Source: Lama guanicoe (Eukaryota). From it: a DNA stretch of 64,000 nucleotides. The stretch lies in contig MU054391.1 of NCBI GenBank assembly GCA_013239625.1, forward strand, positions 3,315,130 to 3,379,129, given 5' to 3'. The translations under genes and the position numbers were made by a program. This document shows, piece by piece, positions 52,101-64,000 of the stretch. Every line of letters begins with the position of its first letter. The first letter of the stretch is position 1. The notes under the pieces are model-generated. The model was not told where the DNA came from. It did no database searches and was given only the letters and a program-made list of their open reading frames with translations.

Positions 52101-54877
52101 ACATTCTTTGGGTTGCCCCACTAATTAATGAGTAAGACGTTAGGGGAATAAACCTTCATAAGTGAAAACTGGTTATCTTCTTAGGGGCAAAAAGGAAAGG
52201 TAGCTTTAGAAGAGCATTCTGTCCCACAGTCGTCCTAGAAGCAGCAGGATTTGGTAAAAACAAAACCAAAAACAAACAAAAAAGCCCATAAATTTGGCAT
52301 AAGTAATATTTATATTGAAACTCTGGTCCCTCCACGTGTTAGTGGTGCGACTTTAGACAAGTGTCTCTTCCTCACTAAACCTTGGCTAGCTTATTTGAAA
52401 AGTGAGAATTTCATTACAGACCTAATCAGGTAGGGTGAGTAGAAAAGAGGGGAAAGTATCTGGCATGTGGCTTGTCCTCGTGACAACTTCATGACCTCTT
52501 TAACAGACAGCCGTAAATCTTTAAAACTCCTGGGTCTGAAGCAACGAAGAAATGAAAAGTATTACATTAAAATTACATAGAGAATTCTAGACCTGCGTTG
52601 CTGGTGTTTAAATGGCAATGCTACTTTCCTGGAACTCAATGTGCCCGTTGTAGATAAAGGTCAGATGACAGATAGGCAACTAGTGAGCTTCAAGGTGCAA
52701 AGTATTCAAATGACAGTGTCAGTGAAGGATGCGATGCTAAGTGCCAAGTGCAGGAAGCAAGGCAGCACCCACTGTGCAAGGTCAGTTCTCAGTTCCTAAG
52801 GCTGCCACTGGGGTCTGGTCTGTGTTTTGTTATTTGTGTTTGAACTGCAACAATGAAGGAATAAACAGTTTTACAGTTAAAAAAAAAAAAAGGGCTGTTA
52901 GAAGCATCCAAACAGAAGCCGTAACAGACAACACGGTTAGAATGACCGCTGCCTGGACCCAGACCCAGGGGAAGCAACGGCACATGGCGGCCCCGCTGGA
53001 AACAAAGCAAGGTTCAGTCTTCCCGCGTCAATCTTTCATGGCTCCAGAGCGAAGGGCCTTGCTTAATACCTTACTCCACCTTATTCCGTCACGAAAAGGG
53101 GTCATCCTATGGTCAGATCATGGAAATCCCAAGATGCACTGACACAGAGGCACCATCTTCAACAAGAAATGGTGGGATCTTCTCTATGATTCATCTGTTA
53201 GCAGAAAGCTTTGGGCTTCCTGCAACCGCTAAGCAAATTCTAAATCTTTGGTAATGTTTTGCATGTGCAATAATATTTAATGCAACACATGCAATAGAAC
53301 GGCTGTGTCAATCATTTCGAAGTACGTGTTCTGATCACTTGTGAATGGATCCGAAAAATCACTCGTTATGAAACTAGTTAAATAACAGCTTATGAATGGT
53401 TAAAAAATTTATGAGAAAACATTTAAATGTATTCTTCACAGCATCCCTGACTTACATTGCTGTGTTCTCTTGGGTGGAAGAGGAAAAGATGGGGTTTCAG
53501 ATAGGACTCTTAGAAAAGCAAATATTCCAAGACAATCTTAAATAGAACAAGTTGTGCAAATAAAAGTGTCCTCACGTATATGACTTGGTGGGGGTTGGGG
53601 AGTGAGGGTTGGGAACTGTGGCATATTTTATGGTTATAAGTACTGCGTGATTTTAAAACCAGTGCCCTCTTACTGCCATTGAAGGTGATTTATAAGGCTT
53701 GGTTGGAAGCAGTGTCGAAGGTTTTCTGTGCACTCCTTCAGAAATGATGCCTAAAAATACTCGCAGTAAAACATTGACAAGGATTTTACATTTTTAAAGC
53801 GCTCGGAGAAGTAATAACACTAAAAAGGCCAGGGCTAGATGAGACAGCTGGGCACCAGGACACAGGTTTTCAGGAGCCCATCCTCAGATTCCTGCAAGCA
53901 CTGGCCTCATGCCTACAGAAAACCTGCTACTCCTCATAGTTGCCAAAAGCTGCACACAGCTCAAACCTACCACCACTGAGGAGTTAGGATAAGAGTGAAA
54001 CATCCACACAGTTTTGTACTATTCAAAAATAAAAACAAGTTACTAATACATCAAATAGCATGGAAGAATCTCAAATGCATTTGATGTTAATTACCAGATT
54101 ATTTTTTGAAATGACAAGACAAAGGTTTCAAAAGAGGCTTGAGGTGTCTGGTTTCTTAAGTCTGACCACAGAGCACAGATTTCTACTAAGCATGGATTTC
54201 TGTTAAGTTATGGAGACACAGGATGAATAGGTCTTCGTTTCAGAATTCTATTTGTACACATTAATTGTTGAAATCATTCAACTAGTTGCGCTTCTTTTCA
54301 AAGAGTTTTACCACTAATATAATGGTGATTCTAGGGGTTGAGATTTTACTTTAACTACTAATGTTGCAAACGTTGACTTGTCTTGGTCACCTACTCAGTA
54401 TTTCCATTTATAAAGCTATCAAACTTACGTGTCTTGTAGGAAAGAAAACATTGTCTATGGAAAGTAGTGGACATCATTATGTTGTGATTTTCAGTGGGGA
54501 ACTGAGTAATTAAATACTAAATTCAATTAAAGAATAATAATTGATCTGTTTTCTTTTTTGTCCCCGCTGACGAAACTGCATAGAAGAAACTATATAAAGA
54601 GGAAACTACAAATTTTTTCTTGTATACATTTAAGAATTCTTCCATAGAGTGTTGACTATATAAACTATCAGTAACATGTCTAGTTATTTTCTGCACCCAA
54701 ATTACCTTGCATTGAAACTTCATATATCAAACTTATATTGTATTTCCTTAATGCTTTGTCTGTCTGAATTCTATCAAATTTTGAAGACTCAGCCCAAATT
54801 CTACCTTCTCATGCTTATTCTATCATTCATTCTAGTTTTCAGTAATGAAACATTTAGTAATTAAAATCATAGAATTT

Positions 54878-55462
54878 CAAATATCCATTGACAGATGACT
54901 GGCTAAAAAAGATATAAATATATATACACACAATGGAACACTACTCAGGCATAAAACAGAATAAAATAATGCCATTTGCAGCAACATGAGTGGATCTGGA
55001 GATCGTCATTCTAAGTGAAGTAAACCAGAAAGAGAAAGAAAAAAAAAACACATGCTATCACTTATATGTTGAATCTAAAAAAAAAGAAAAGAAACGAAAA
55101 GAAAAAAGAAAAAAGTAACCACTAATGAACTTATCTACAAAACAGAAAGAGACTCACAGACATAGCAAACAAACTTATGGTTACCAGGCGGGAAAGAGGG
55201 TGGGAAGAGATAAATTGGAAGTTCAAGTTTTACAAGTATTAACTACTATATACATAATAGATAAACAAGTTTCTACTGTACAGCACAGAGAACTATATTC
55301 AGTATCTTGTAGTAACCTATACTGAAAAAGAATATGAAAAGGGGTGTATATATACATGTATATGTATGACTGAAACATTATGCTGTACCTGAGAAATTGA
55401 CACATTGTAACTGACTATACTTCAAAAAAAACAAATTAAACTTTTAAAAATAATAAAAAAAA
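54878..55462 (+). mobile_element. L1 3' end with A tail
   Basis: ccattgacagatgactgg...gccatttgcagcaacatgagtggatctggagatcgtcattctaagtgaag...gtaactgactatacttcaaaaaaa. Confidence 0.95.
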
Positions 55463-58400
55463 GAAGTGGTCTGGATACACCCACCTCCCTGTCAAGCTAG
55501 TAGAAACTTTTTCATCTGCTGCATTTCCACGTATGATGAAATTTCCCTTTTCCTTTTTCTTTCTATTTAACAGTAAGCCAAAAACATGGCTCATGTATTT
55601 AAAGACTTTGTATTTGGGGCTATGAATGTATTATTAAACTTTGTTAAAATTGTATAATGCATAGAAACATTCCTGTAATGTAGGACTGGAATTTGTTGCT
55701 AAGTCTCTTGCTATTTTAAATAGCCGTACAGTGAACATTTTAGTTCCTACAAAAATATGTAATTTGCAAAGATCTCCTTTGCTTAAAAAATCAGAAAAAA
55801 AGAGAAAAGGAATATTATCCTGGAGGCCTACTATCCTAAAGAAGATTCATACATACGAAAATAATTTGTTACAGGAATCAGTCCCTTTTTTAGAATGTTT
55901 GTCATTCTCAATACAAGGCAAAAATAGAACTTCTGTTTGAAACTGGAATCCAAAGCCTTAAGGAAAGGAAACACAGTAAGATGTAAAGGAAGAGAAGGTG
56001 ATGAGTGAGTGAGGAAAGCGTAAAAAAAAGGATGCGAATGAAAGACTTTACTGGAGACTGAAGAGTGGAACTGCAGAAAATTGACTCATTGATGTAGAGG
56101 ACAACCTTGGTACTCTCCCTTCAAAAATGAAGAAAAAAGACAAAATGAGGAAGATGTGAAGAGGAAATACAGGTTTGGAGATTGAGACCAAAAATCTAAT
56201 CTAAAACCTGAAGCTTTTGCACTGATGCTGGAACACAAAGAAACGAGGCGCAAGTCAAAGGCATAACTGAAAACTTTCGTAAGGAAATAGAAAGAGAGCT
56301 TCAGAAGTGGATAGGAACGACTCACTGCATGTTAGAGAACTTAAGTGAAAGCAAATGCACTCTAGCAGACCCCCCCTCAGTGTCCTGCATAATATCCCTG
56401 AGGCCCCACCGGCTTCAGCCACACAGAGTGGACAGCTCCAGGCAAACTCAGTGTCCAGCCTGAGCAATGCTCCTGCCCCACGTGGCTCTGTCTGCCCTGC
56501 CCTTCTCTGACCGCCTGCCAGCAGGCAGGGCCAGAGTGTGAGGGGGGCTACCTCCTCCTGGAGGCAACCAGTGGGGGACAGGAGACAGTGGTGACTACTC
56601 TGCCCCTCATCCCCACGTGTACGGTGATGAAAGTGCTCCGGAACGACTCATTCTGCAGAAAGAGAACAGCCTCTTGGGCACATGTCCAACTTGGGAACTT
56701 TATGCTAGTGGAGCCCAGGACGGTTTAGCGGATTTCAGTCTGCCAGTGCCAGGAGCTAGTACTTGAGATACGGAATTGGCATGGCTCAACTCCTGAGGAC
56801 CGGCCTTTCTCCTAAAATCATTGTTCCACTGGCGAGGTTGCGAATCGAATGGCAGTCAGGATTGGATGACTCTCCAGGCTTTATCCTGGAATGCGGGTAA
56901 CCTTATCCACAAGACTGCGTTCACTGAGCACTTGTGTGTGTGTGCGCTCACTCTTACAGACTGACAGTAGGAAGACTTACTGAAACTGTAGAAAACTAAG
57001 AGGTGGTGGGTAATGTCAGCAAAAGCTAAATCGAGAGATGGGGTATCTGCCTCTGATAATGTTAAAATCATGGAAGCTCTGTTCTCAAACAAACACAAGG
57101 CACTTCATGGAACCACAAAGCACATCTTACCCGCTTTGAGTTCTTTCCAAACAGCTAGGAATAATACTTCGAGTTGTTTTATTGTGCACTTGTAGACTGG
57201 GGCCAGGATTCATAATTGTCTGAACATAGAAAAGTCATCTATGAATGCAGATAATAAAAGGCAGTATTCTTAAAGGTCAAGGCAGGCACCTCCCAAGTTT
57301 CCTTTGCATCCAAATTGCCCTCGGCCTCATCGAGATTGTTGAATTTCCCCTAATTCTAGAAATCAGCGAGAACAGTATATTTCGGGCAAAGTTAATTTGA
57401 GTTCAAGCGCTTTCCTTCCAACCAGATGCTCTTTGGCATCAGCTCTAGGAGCCTCTCTGTGCTTCCCGGGTTTGTAAAGGGACGTGGAAGCCCTGGTTGT
57501 GTTCCCCGAGTGTTAAAGCGCCTCATGTGTAAAAGGCCATCCAGTGGCCGCGCCTCACAGCTCTCAGCCCACTTTCCAGACGAACAGCCACTGGAAGTGT
57601 CCTGTCCCTTAGCGCTCAGAGCGCCCCTCGCCCTTTAGCCTCTGCACCTGCAGATGCTCCCTCGGTTCCATATTTATTATTTCCAAGTTCCCAACAGCAG
57701 ACACTGAAACTACCTGGACATGAAGATGTGTTTCCCGCCTCCACGTCCACCCTCGTTCAAGAACTATTGTATCAGTATCCACAGGATGGTTTGTCTTCTT
57801 ATTTTACCCCGTGGAGCCTTTTAGACCATCACTGCATTGTCTTATAACCTCTTCTTACAGATATCCTCACGCTCACTCCCACACCTGCGAGGGGCACGGG
57901 CGGCATCTGAGCCCAGCGTCGGTCTGTCTCTTCCACACTGAGATGTCTACTTGGCACCCACGGAGCCCGGAAGGGTCCCAGCAAGGGGACCACTGAAGCT
58001 CTTCTAGCCAGCCTGCAGGCTTGCACACACTCATGCATCTACGTTACCCCTTTATGCTTTCAAACTGCTCCTTCACCTTTCTCATCTATTTTAATTTCTT
58101 TTTCCCTGCACTGACCGCAGGTGGCATTCTGTCTAATTACCACATCCCCGTTGCACTTTTTTCCTTTGTAAAGAGAGGATTTCAATTAAATCACCAGTGC
58201 TGTGTATATATATGTACACACACACACACACAATATCTGCCCCCTTCACAGCCACGCGTGACCAGCCTTCTCCCCCTCCTCATGCTGATGGTGCGTTCCT
58301 GCTGGCTCAGCTCCGTCTCTTCTTCTAGCTCCTTCCCTGCTCTAGGCCGCTCCTTTCCCTCTACAATGGTGCTAATTCTTTAAGTCCATCCCTAGTTACG

Positions 58401-60847
58401 AGGCCTGCTTTCTGCCTTTGGGGGTTGCTCCCATCTGCCTCCCACGTGCCTGCGGGGCCACCCAGGGCTGACCCGGCCGCACCCCCTTACACTTCCTGCC
58501 CTTCCAGCTTTGGGTGCCCGCAGACCTGTCTGATTAAAATGCGCTCAGTGCTTCCGGGCTCTCGTTTCCCAGATTCTCCTCACCGCAGGCCTCCTCACCA
58601 AGGCCCTTGGCATTCCAGCATCTTATCGCCGATGCCATGGACGTGTCCGCCTGAGCTTCCCGGTCCTTTCCGTCAGGCATCACGGCCACAGAGGTTTCCT
58701 TCCCACCATGAGAACTCATCGCACACCTGCTCCCCTTTCCTCTTCCAGAAAGAAACAACAAACGAGTCCTTCCGAACGCGATTTTCCCAGGGCGAAGGTA
58801 GTTTTTGGCCTCCGCTCCGCATAGTGATGCGTTCCTCTTGCCTGGAATTCTGCTTGCTCCTAACCTCCTCCGCCCTTGCCCCCTGGGAGCTCCCCCCGGG
58901 TCTGCTCAACCTCTCCATCCATGTTTCTTCTTTTCTCTGCTGCTGCTGGTTCTGTAAACATGGGCGGTCTCATAGCTTCTCACGCTGGTCCACTCCGTAT
59001 ACTTAGGTGACGTGTCCGCCAACAGGCAATCCACCCTTCCTGTGGCGGCGGATTCTGCCAACTCCCTGCTGACTTTCAGACCTAAGTCTCCAAGATGAGC
59101 CCATGTTTTTGACAGTGAGCTGTACCGATCTACCTGAACACGTTGCAGGCCCTCAGTTCAGCATCTGATCCTCCTGGCTGATTGGTTCTAGTATGTAAGT
59201 CATCCCTTTTCTAAGGTGAACCTCACAGGTTATTTATTCCCCAGCCCTGATTAGCCGGCCGTGTTTATCTCACCAGACACGGGTACTATCACCCACAATG
59301 TGATGTTGCGTTTGTCACAGCCCACCAATCAGACAACCAGGCGGTGACAAGACACCCGGAAATCACTCAAAGCCACAAACGAGCCTACTGTCCCCACATG
59401 TCCAACAAGTTCTCCACCTGACGAGAGAAAGTTCTGTAGGCCAGGGCTGTGCAGACATCAGGGAGACACGAAGTGGAACTAGACCCCATCCTTCCATTTC
59501 AGAAGCTCGCAATCTCCAGAGAAGGCAGGTCATTATTCACAACAGACTGTGCTCCGAGCTACCCAGGGCTTTAGAGCGTAGTTCAAGGTCTCACTGAGTG
59601 GAGGGACGTCAGTGCCAAGCGGGCCTCTGCACGTCCCCAGCCCTGCAGCTCTTCACACTGTGCAAGTCGGCGTGCGCAGACCAGACGTCGTGTCTGCCAG
59701 CCTCTTATAAAGTCCTGGGGACTCAGAGCGTTGTCTCAGATACGGTGCAAAGCAAGTGACTAGAAGGAGCACGCATACATGAGGTATGGTCTGGCGAGAG
59801 AAATGAAGGCGATACAGGAAGGTCTTAGAAGTTTGAGAGTGGGATGCCCAGGGAAAGAGCAGAGCTCTTACTACCACAGACTCAAAGTGTGGAACTGAGG
59901 CTTTACCTTCCAAGAGGATTCTCCTGTCCACATCTTCACCCCCAGCTGCTAACTTAGTGCCTTCTCACACTAGGCATCGGACCTTGGCTAGTCCTGAAAT
60001 CATTTAACAATAGTATTTAATTTTTAAATGCACCATTTTTCCTGGAAGGCATTTTTTTTTACTTTTCCTAAATTTCTATTTGCACAAACAGAACCATCTC
60101 CGGAGTCTGTGCTGGGTGTGGAACCCTGGACTTACCTCCCTTTGGCCCACAGACCATTTCTCAGGTATATCTCTTTCCTTTAAGCAACCATCTTAGAGCC
60201 TCCCCTTGAAACTTAAACCCTTCTCCTTAATTTCCTCCCGTGGTTTCTTCTGAACCCTCTTCCTTCTTCTGCCCATGGGTAAGACTTTTTCTGAATTCCT
60301 TCTGTAGGAAACTCCATGTGAAGCTCTGGGGAAGATTCAGAGCTGGATGTGAAATTGTCCTTGTCTAAAAAGTATAAAATCTATCGGAAAAAAAAAAGAT
60401 ATGTATGTGAAGAAGTACAGAACAGTACTAGGTTTAAGAAATTCCCCATGACTAGCAAAAGCCCAGGGGTCCATTGATAAGAGGAAAAGCCTGCTCCTGA
60501 GTGGGAGAAAGGGGATTCACCAGGTGATGGCATCTTAGTTTGGTTTTGAATCCATCAGAAAAGGCAGAGGAATAGGAGTCATTCATGACTGAAGCAAGAG
60601 CATAAGCAAAGGATCAGGGACAAGAACAGATGTCCTCACACCGTCATGAGCACTAGGATGGAGGAGAGAGAAGGGTTAGGCTAACGGGGGTGAGAAGCAA
60701 TGGGCGCTGGAGAGCGTTCACTCAACACTGCACTGAAACGTCTGCATTACACCTGCATGAGAAGGGAAGTTGTACTTTCAAGAAGGCGAAAATACAATCT
60801 GACAGTGTCATGAGGGAAAACATGTCCCCGAGTCTACTGCTTGCATC

Positions 60848-61370
60848 TTTTTTCTAATTGAGTTTCTGAAGCGCAAAATTTTGTCATCTTAATTTTAATT
60901 TTATTTTATACTACGCTTTTGGGATAGCATCTAAGAAATCTTTGTTGAACCCAACAACTTAAAGATTTTCTCCTGTTTTTTTCCCAAAAGTCCCATTGTT
61001 TTAGTGCTTCCATGTAATCACGTGGTCAGTCATGGGTTCATCTGCACGGCTGACAGGAAGGTCTACTTCCCTCCTTTGGCACGTGGAGACCCAGTTGTCC
61101 CATCTCCAGTTGTTGAATAGTCTGTTCTTTCCCTAATAGATCGCTTTGGTGTCTTGGTCAAAAATCAATTGACTATCAATATATGGATTCATTTTCTGAC
61201 TCTCAATTCTCTTCCATTAACATCACAAATTCTGCTCCATTGATCTATACATCTGCCCTTACACTAGTACCGCGCTATCTTGACGATTATAGCTTTAAAA
61301 TAAATTTTGAAAATGTGCAGGGAACGTACCCTTTCTTCTTTTCCAAAATTATTTTAATTTCCTCAGGGAC
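60848..61370 (-). mobile_element. Ancient L1M ORF2 fragment
   Basis: atctaagaaatctttg...aaagattttctcctgttttt...ccagttgtcccatctccagttgttgaatag...gtcaaaaatcaattgacta...tagtaccgcgctatcttga. Confidence 0.7.
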
Positions 61371-61499
61371 TTTTTTTTAATATATCTGCATGTGTATAGA
61401 TACATACATATATCTATGCTTCATTTTAGAGGGTTATTGGAAAGAAGAAATAGAATTAAAGAAACTTTATTCAAAATCTTCTCTTTTTTTCAAGAAATC

Positions 61500-61684
61500 C
61501 TAAAGACCAGAAATCTTTCCCAACGTCTGTTTCTCGGTGTGGGCGTCAGCAGACATTTCTTCCTTCCCTGAACCTTGAGCTGTCAGCCCGCGCATGCGCC
61601 TCCGGAAGCCCCTCGTCCTCCTCACGGACGGTGTCTCCGTGCTGTGCTGGAGGAAGGTAGACACTCGGGAGGAAGTCAGTGGGA
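61500..61684 (-). CDS. Candidate terminal coding exon of an unrecognised 86-aa ORF
   Basis: Acceptor tttgttttcctttcctctag|; phase-1 frame open to TAG (61502-61500); AATAAA at 61471-61466 followed by U-rich sequence. The exon is better supported than its coding status. Confidence 0.3.
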
Positions 61685-62141
61685 CTAGAGGAAAGGAAAA
61701 CAAATCGACATTATTAAAACAAATAGACTAAAATGTGCATTAGAGATTGTCCAGTGCCCCTGTGGTTAAGAAAAAGTAAGTATATGAAATTTAATCCCAA
61801 AATTCAAATCAGTTATGTAATTGGAAGGAGTACTCCAGCCTCCGAAGTCACTCTTCTCCTTAGAACTGGGGCTTCAAGTATTTCTGGCTCTAGGAAACGC
61901 CTAGGTCTGGGGAGGTGACCTTTGCTGGTGTATTTGGCTGGATCAGACCTTGTTTCCCATTGCCCCACCCCAGTCTGTTTCTTTACCTTCCTTCTTATGA
62001 TGAGTCTTCTGTAATTCTTTCCAGTATCTTTGTTCCTAACACTCTCATAAGTTAGGCACAAGTAGACTGTATAAAAAGTCAGCTACGTGCACAATGTGCC
62101 AAAGGCAGGATTACTCCTGTCTATGTGCCTGTCTGATCTAC

Positions 62142-62209
62142 TTTTTTTTTTAAATTGAAATATCAATTGACAATGTTGTATTAGTTTCTGGAGTACACTA
62201 GAGTGATTC

Positions 62210-62249
<40 letters not shown>

Positions 62250-62338
62250 TATATGACATATATATATATTATATATATATATACATTTTTTCATATTCTT
62301 TTTCTTTATAGTCCATTACAAGGTACTGAATACAGTTC
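62142..62338 (-). mobile_element. L1 3' end containing an interrupted (TA)n tract (about 62212-62283)
   Basis: ttttaaattgaaatatcaattgacaatgttgtattagtttctggagtacac...tacaaggtactgaatacagttc. Confidence 0.85.
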
Positions 62339-62508
62339 TCCATTCTTCACCCACTGAGGTACTCGGGTAAAGAGGTGCATTTGCGTTCTTCATCTAACCA
62401 ACATCAGGGCCTGCTTTTACCTTTTTCACCTCTTAACAGGGCAATCGTGAACCAAGTCTCCCATTTTTGTCCTAGTGATGTCATCTTTAAGAGCTCTAGC
62501 TTCCCTAC

Positions 62509-62605
62509 CTCCTGGAACCTCTCCTTGGGACTGAACCAGGCAGAGCTCACCACCGTGAATGCGGCCAAGGACTAGGACACTCATTGGTCTTCACGTGAGG
62601 TGAAG
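62509..62605 (-). CDS. Candidate internal exon carrying the ATG (62584) of the 86-aa ORF
   Basis: Acceptor ggattttggttttcag|; donors GAG|gtaggg (62508) or GTG|gtgagc (62550), both phase 1 and in frame with the 61684 exon. Confidence 0.25.
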
Positions 62606-62903
62606 CTGAAAACCAAAATCCAGGTGAAGGAGACACTGAAAGTAATTTCCCTGTGAGCATATATATGTTATTTTTTCCTCCCAGCCAGCAGAGTCCTGTC
62701 ACACCGAATTCTCTGTTCTCCAGATGCCTTGGGAATCCTCACTCCCGATACCAGTAGAGGTCTTGTGTCAAGGAAGAAAAGTGAAAAGGGAGCATTACAG
62801 AATTCACTCGAATTTGCCAGAGGAAAGGCAATGACTGTTAGGGTTTGGCCAGAAGGGTGCTCGATTTCTTCATCTGTGGTGATTAACTGTTCCAGGAACA
62901 GCT

Positions 62904-63051
62904 CTCTCTGACGTCAGAGAGCTCCTTGCCTAGAGAGCCAATGCAACAGTGAGAAAGGAGTTCCATTCATCTAAACAAACAGGCGCGTGTGCAGAAAAAG
63001 GCCAGAGGCGCACACGCTTCATTCCTACGTGCGTGAGGGTTCCCGCCCCCG
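62904..63051 (-). promoter_or_regulatory. CRE/CCAAT/GC-box promoter-like cluster
   Basis: 18-bp perfect palindrome ctctcTGACGTCAgagag (62904-62921), CCAAT 62938-62942, cccgccccc at about 63042-63050, local CpG enrichment. Confidence 0.5.
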
Positions 63052-63188
63052 GCAGACGCCCCTCCTGCCTCTGACCCACGTCCAGTCTGCTCTTCCTCAC
63101 GGGCACGGCTCTTGCAGAAGGACTCTGCTCTGTTAACCTCCACGTCTCCCTGTTTCAGTACATCTCTCCCAGCGCTCTGGTGCTTGTG

Positions 63189-63581
63189 TTCTTATGGACT
63201 GAACGTTTGTGTTTTCCCTGGTGTTCATATGCTGAAGCCTAACCCCAGGGTGGCTGCACTTGAAGACGGAGTCTCTAAGGAAGTAGTGAAGGTTAAATGA
63301 GATCATAAGAGTGGGGCCTGATCTGAAAGGACTAGTGTCCTTATAAGAAAAACACCAGGAAATTCTCTCTCTCTCCGTGCGCGCACAGTGGAGGTCATGT
63401 GAGCACACAGAGCTGAGGCTGCCTGCAGGCGGAGAGGATGAGAGGAGAGACCTCAGGATGAAACCCACCTTGCCAGCACCTTGATCTTGAGCCTCTAGCC
63501 TCCAGAAATGTGTGAAAGGAATTCTGTTGTCTAAGCCACCTGCCCGGCAATACTTTGTCATGGCAGCTTGAGCAGACTACA
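63189..63581 (+). mobile_element. MaLR solo LTR (MLT1A-like)
   Basis: tatggactgaacgtttgtg...ttcatatgctgaagcctaacccc...aggttaaatgagatcataagagtggggcc...gccagcaccttgatcttg...agcctccagaa...gtcatggcagcttgagcagactaca. Confidence 0.85.
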
Positions 63582-64000
63582 AATTGGGTCAAAAAATGGA
63601 ATTGTTCTGATTCTGATTTCTGTACTTTTTTTAGACCTAAAATTATGCTTCACAGCCAATATCCAAATGCAAAAATATATCATACACCAATGCACATAGT
63701 TAACGTTGTTTTTGCAAATAATTTTATCATTATTTTTATAGTATCTTGAAATTAGTATAATCTTGGCCTTGGTCAATTGGTATAATCGTGGCCTCTCAGA
63801 GTTACAATTTTTTTAAAATATTTTTGTCATGAAGCAGTACTGGTATTTGATCAACCAAATATGACATTTATTTTTGATGGATAAAATAAAAAATGACAAA
63901 AATCTTACTAAAAGATAAGAGGTTAGAGACGGGTAGCCAGGTTGAAGACGAGAGCCTTATCTGGGAGAAATGAGTGTTCGTAATACATGGCATAGACTTT

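Noticed and set aside
53255..53300. Imperfect hairpin ttgcatgtg...cacatgcaa as a pre-miRNA
   Set aside because: Perfect stem only 9 bp and AT-rich; too short, and no known mature sequence recognised
58425..59006. 193-aa plus-strand ORF
   Set aside because: TTG start, pyrimidine-rich low-complexity or L2-like sequence, no domain

Overview
This window is mammalian genomic DNA, not microbial, and is most likely camelid (camel/alpaca/llama). It carries a tRNA-Ala(AGC)-derived SINE of Vic-1 type and several young cetartiodactyl-type L1 3' ends. I recognise no known protein-coding gene; the six-frame ORFs are mostly chance frames in GC-rich DNA or L1/MaLR remnants. The window reads as intergenic or deep-intronic sequence with many interspersed repeats (L1, L2, MIR, MLT1 LTRs, hAT-Charlie MITEs), simple repeats and repeat-free enhancer-like stretches. 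The best non-repeat signals are: (1) a compact minus-strand gene-like unit at about 61.45-63.05 kb (CRE/CCAAT/GC-box promoter, canonical splice sites, an 86-codon spliced ORF, AATAAA); (2) a second CRE-headed minus-strand micro-exon chain at about 25.4-29.5 kb; (3) a CTCF core plus upstream motif at 38.96 kb; (4) a twin-primed 5'-inverted L1; and (5) an inverted L1 pair. These are hypotheses from reading by eye; repeat family names come from remembered consensus sequences and boundaries are approximate. No CRISPR array, operon or prokaryote-type system is present, and I cannot support a claim of a new biological system.
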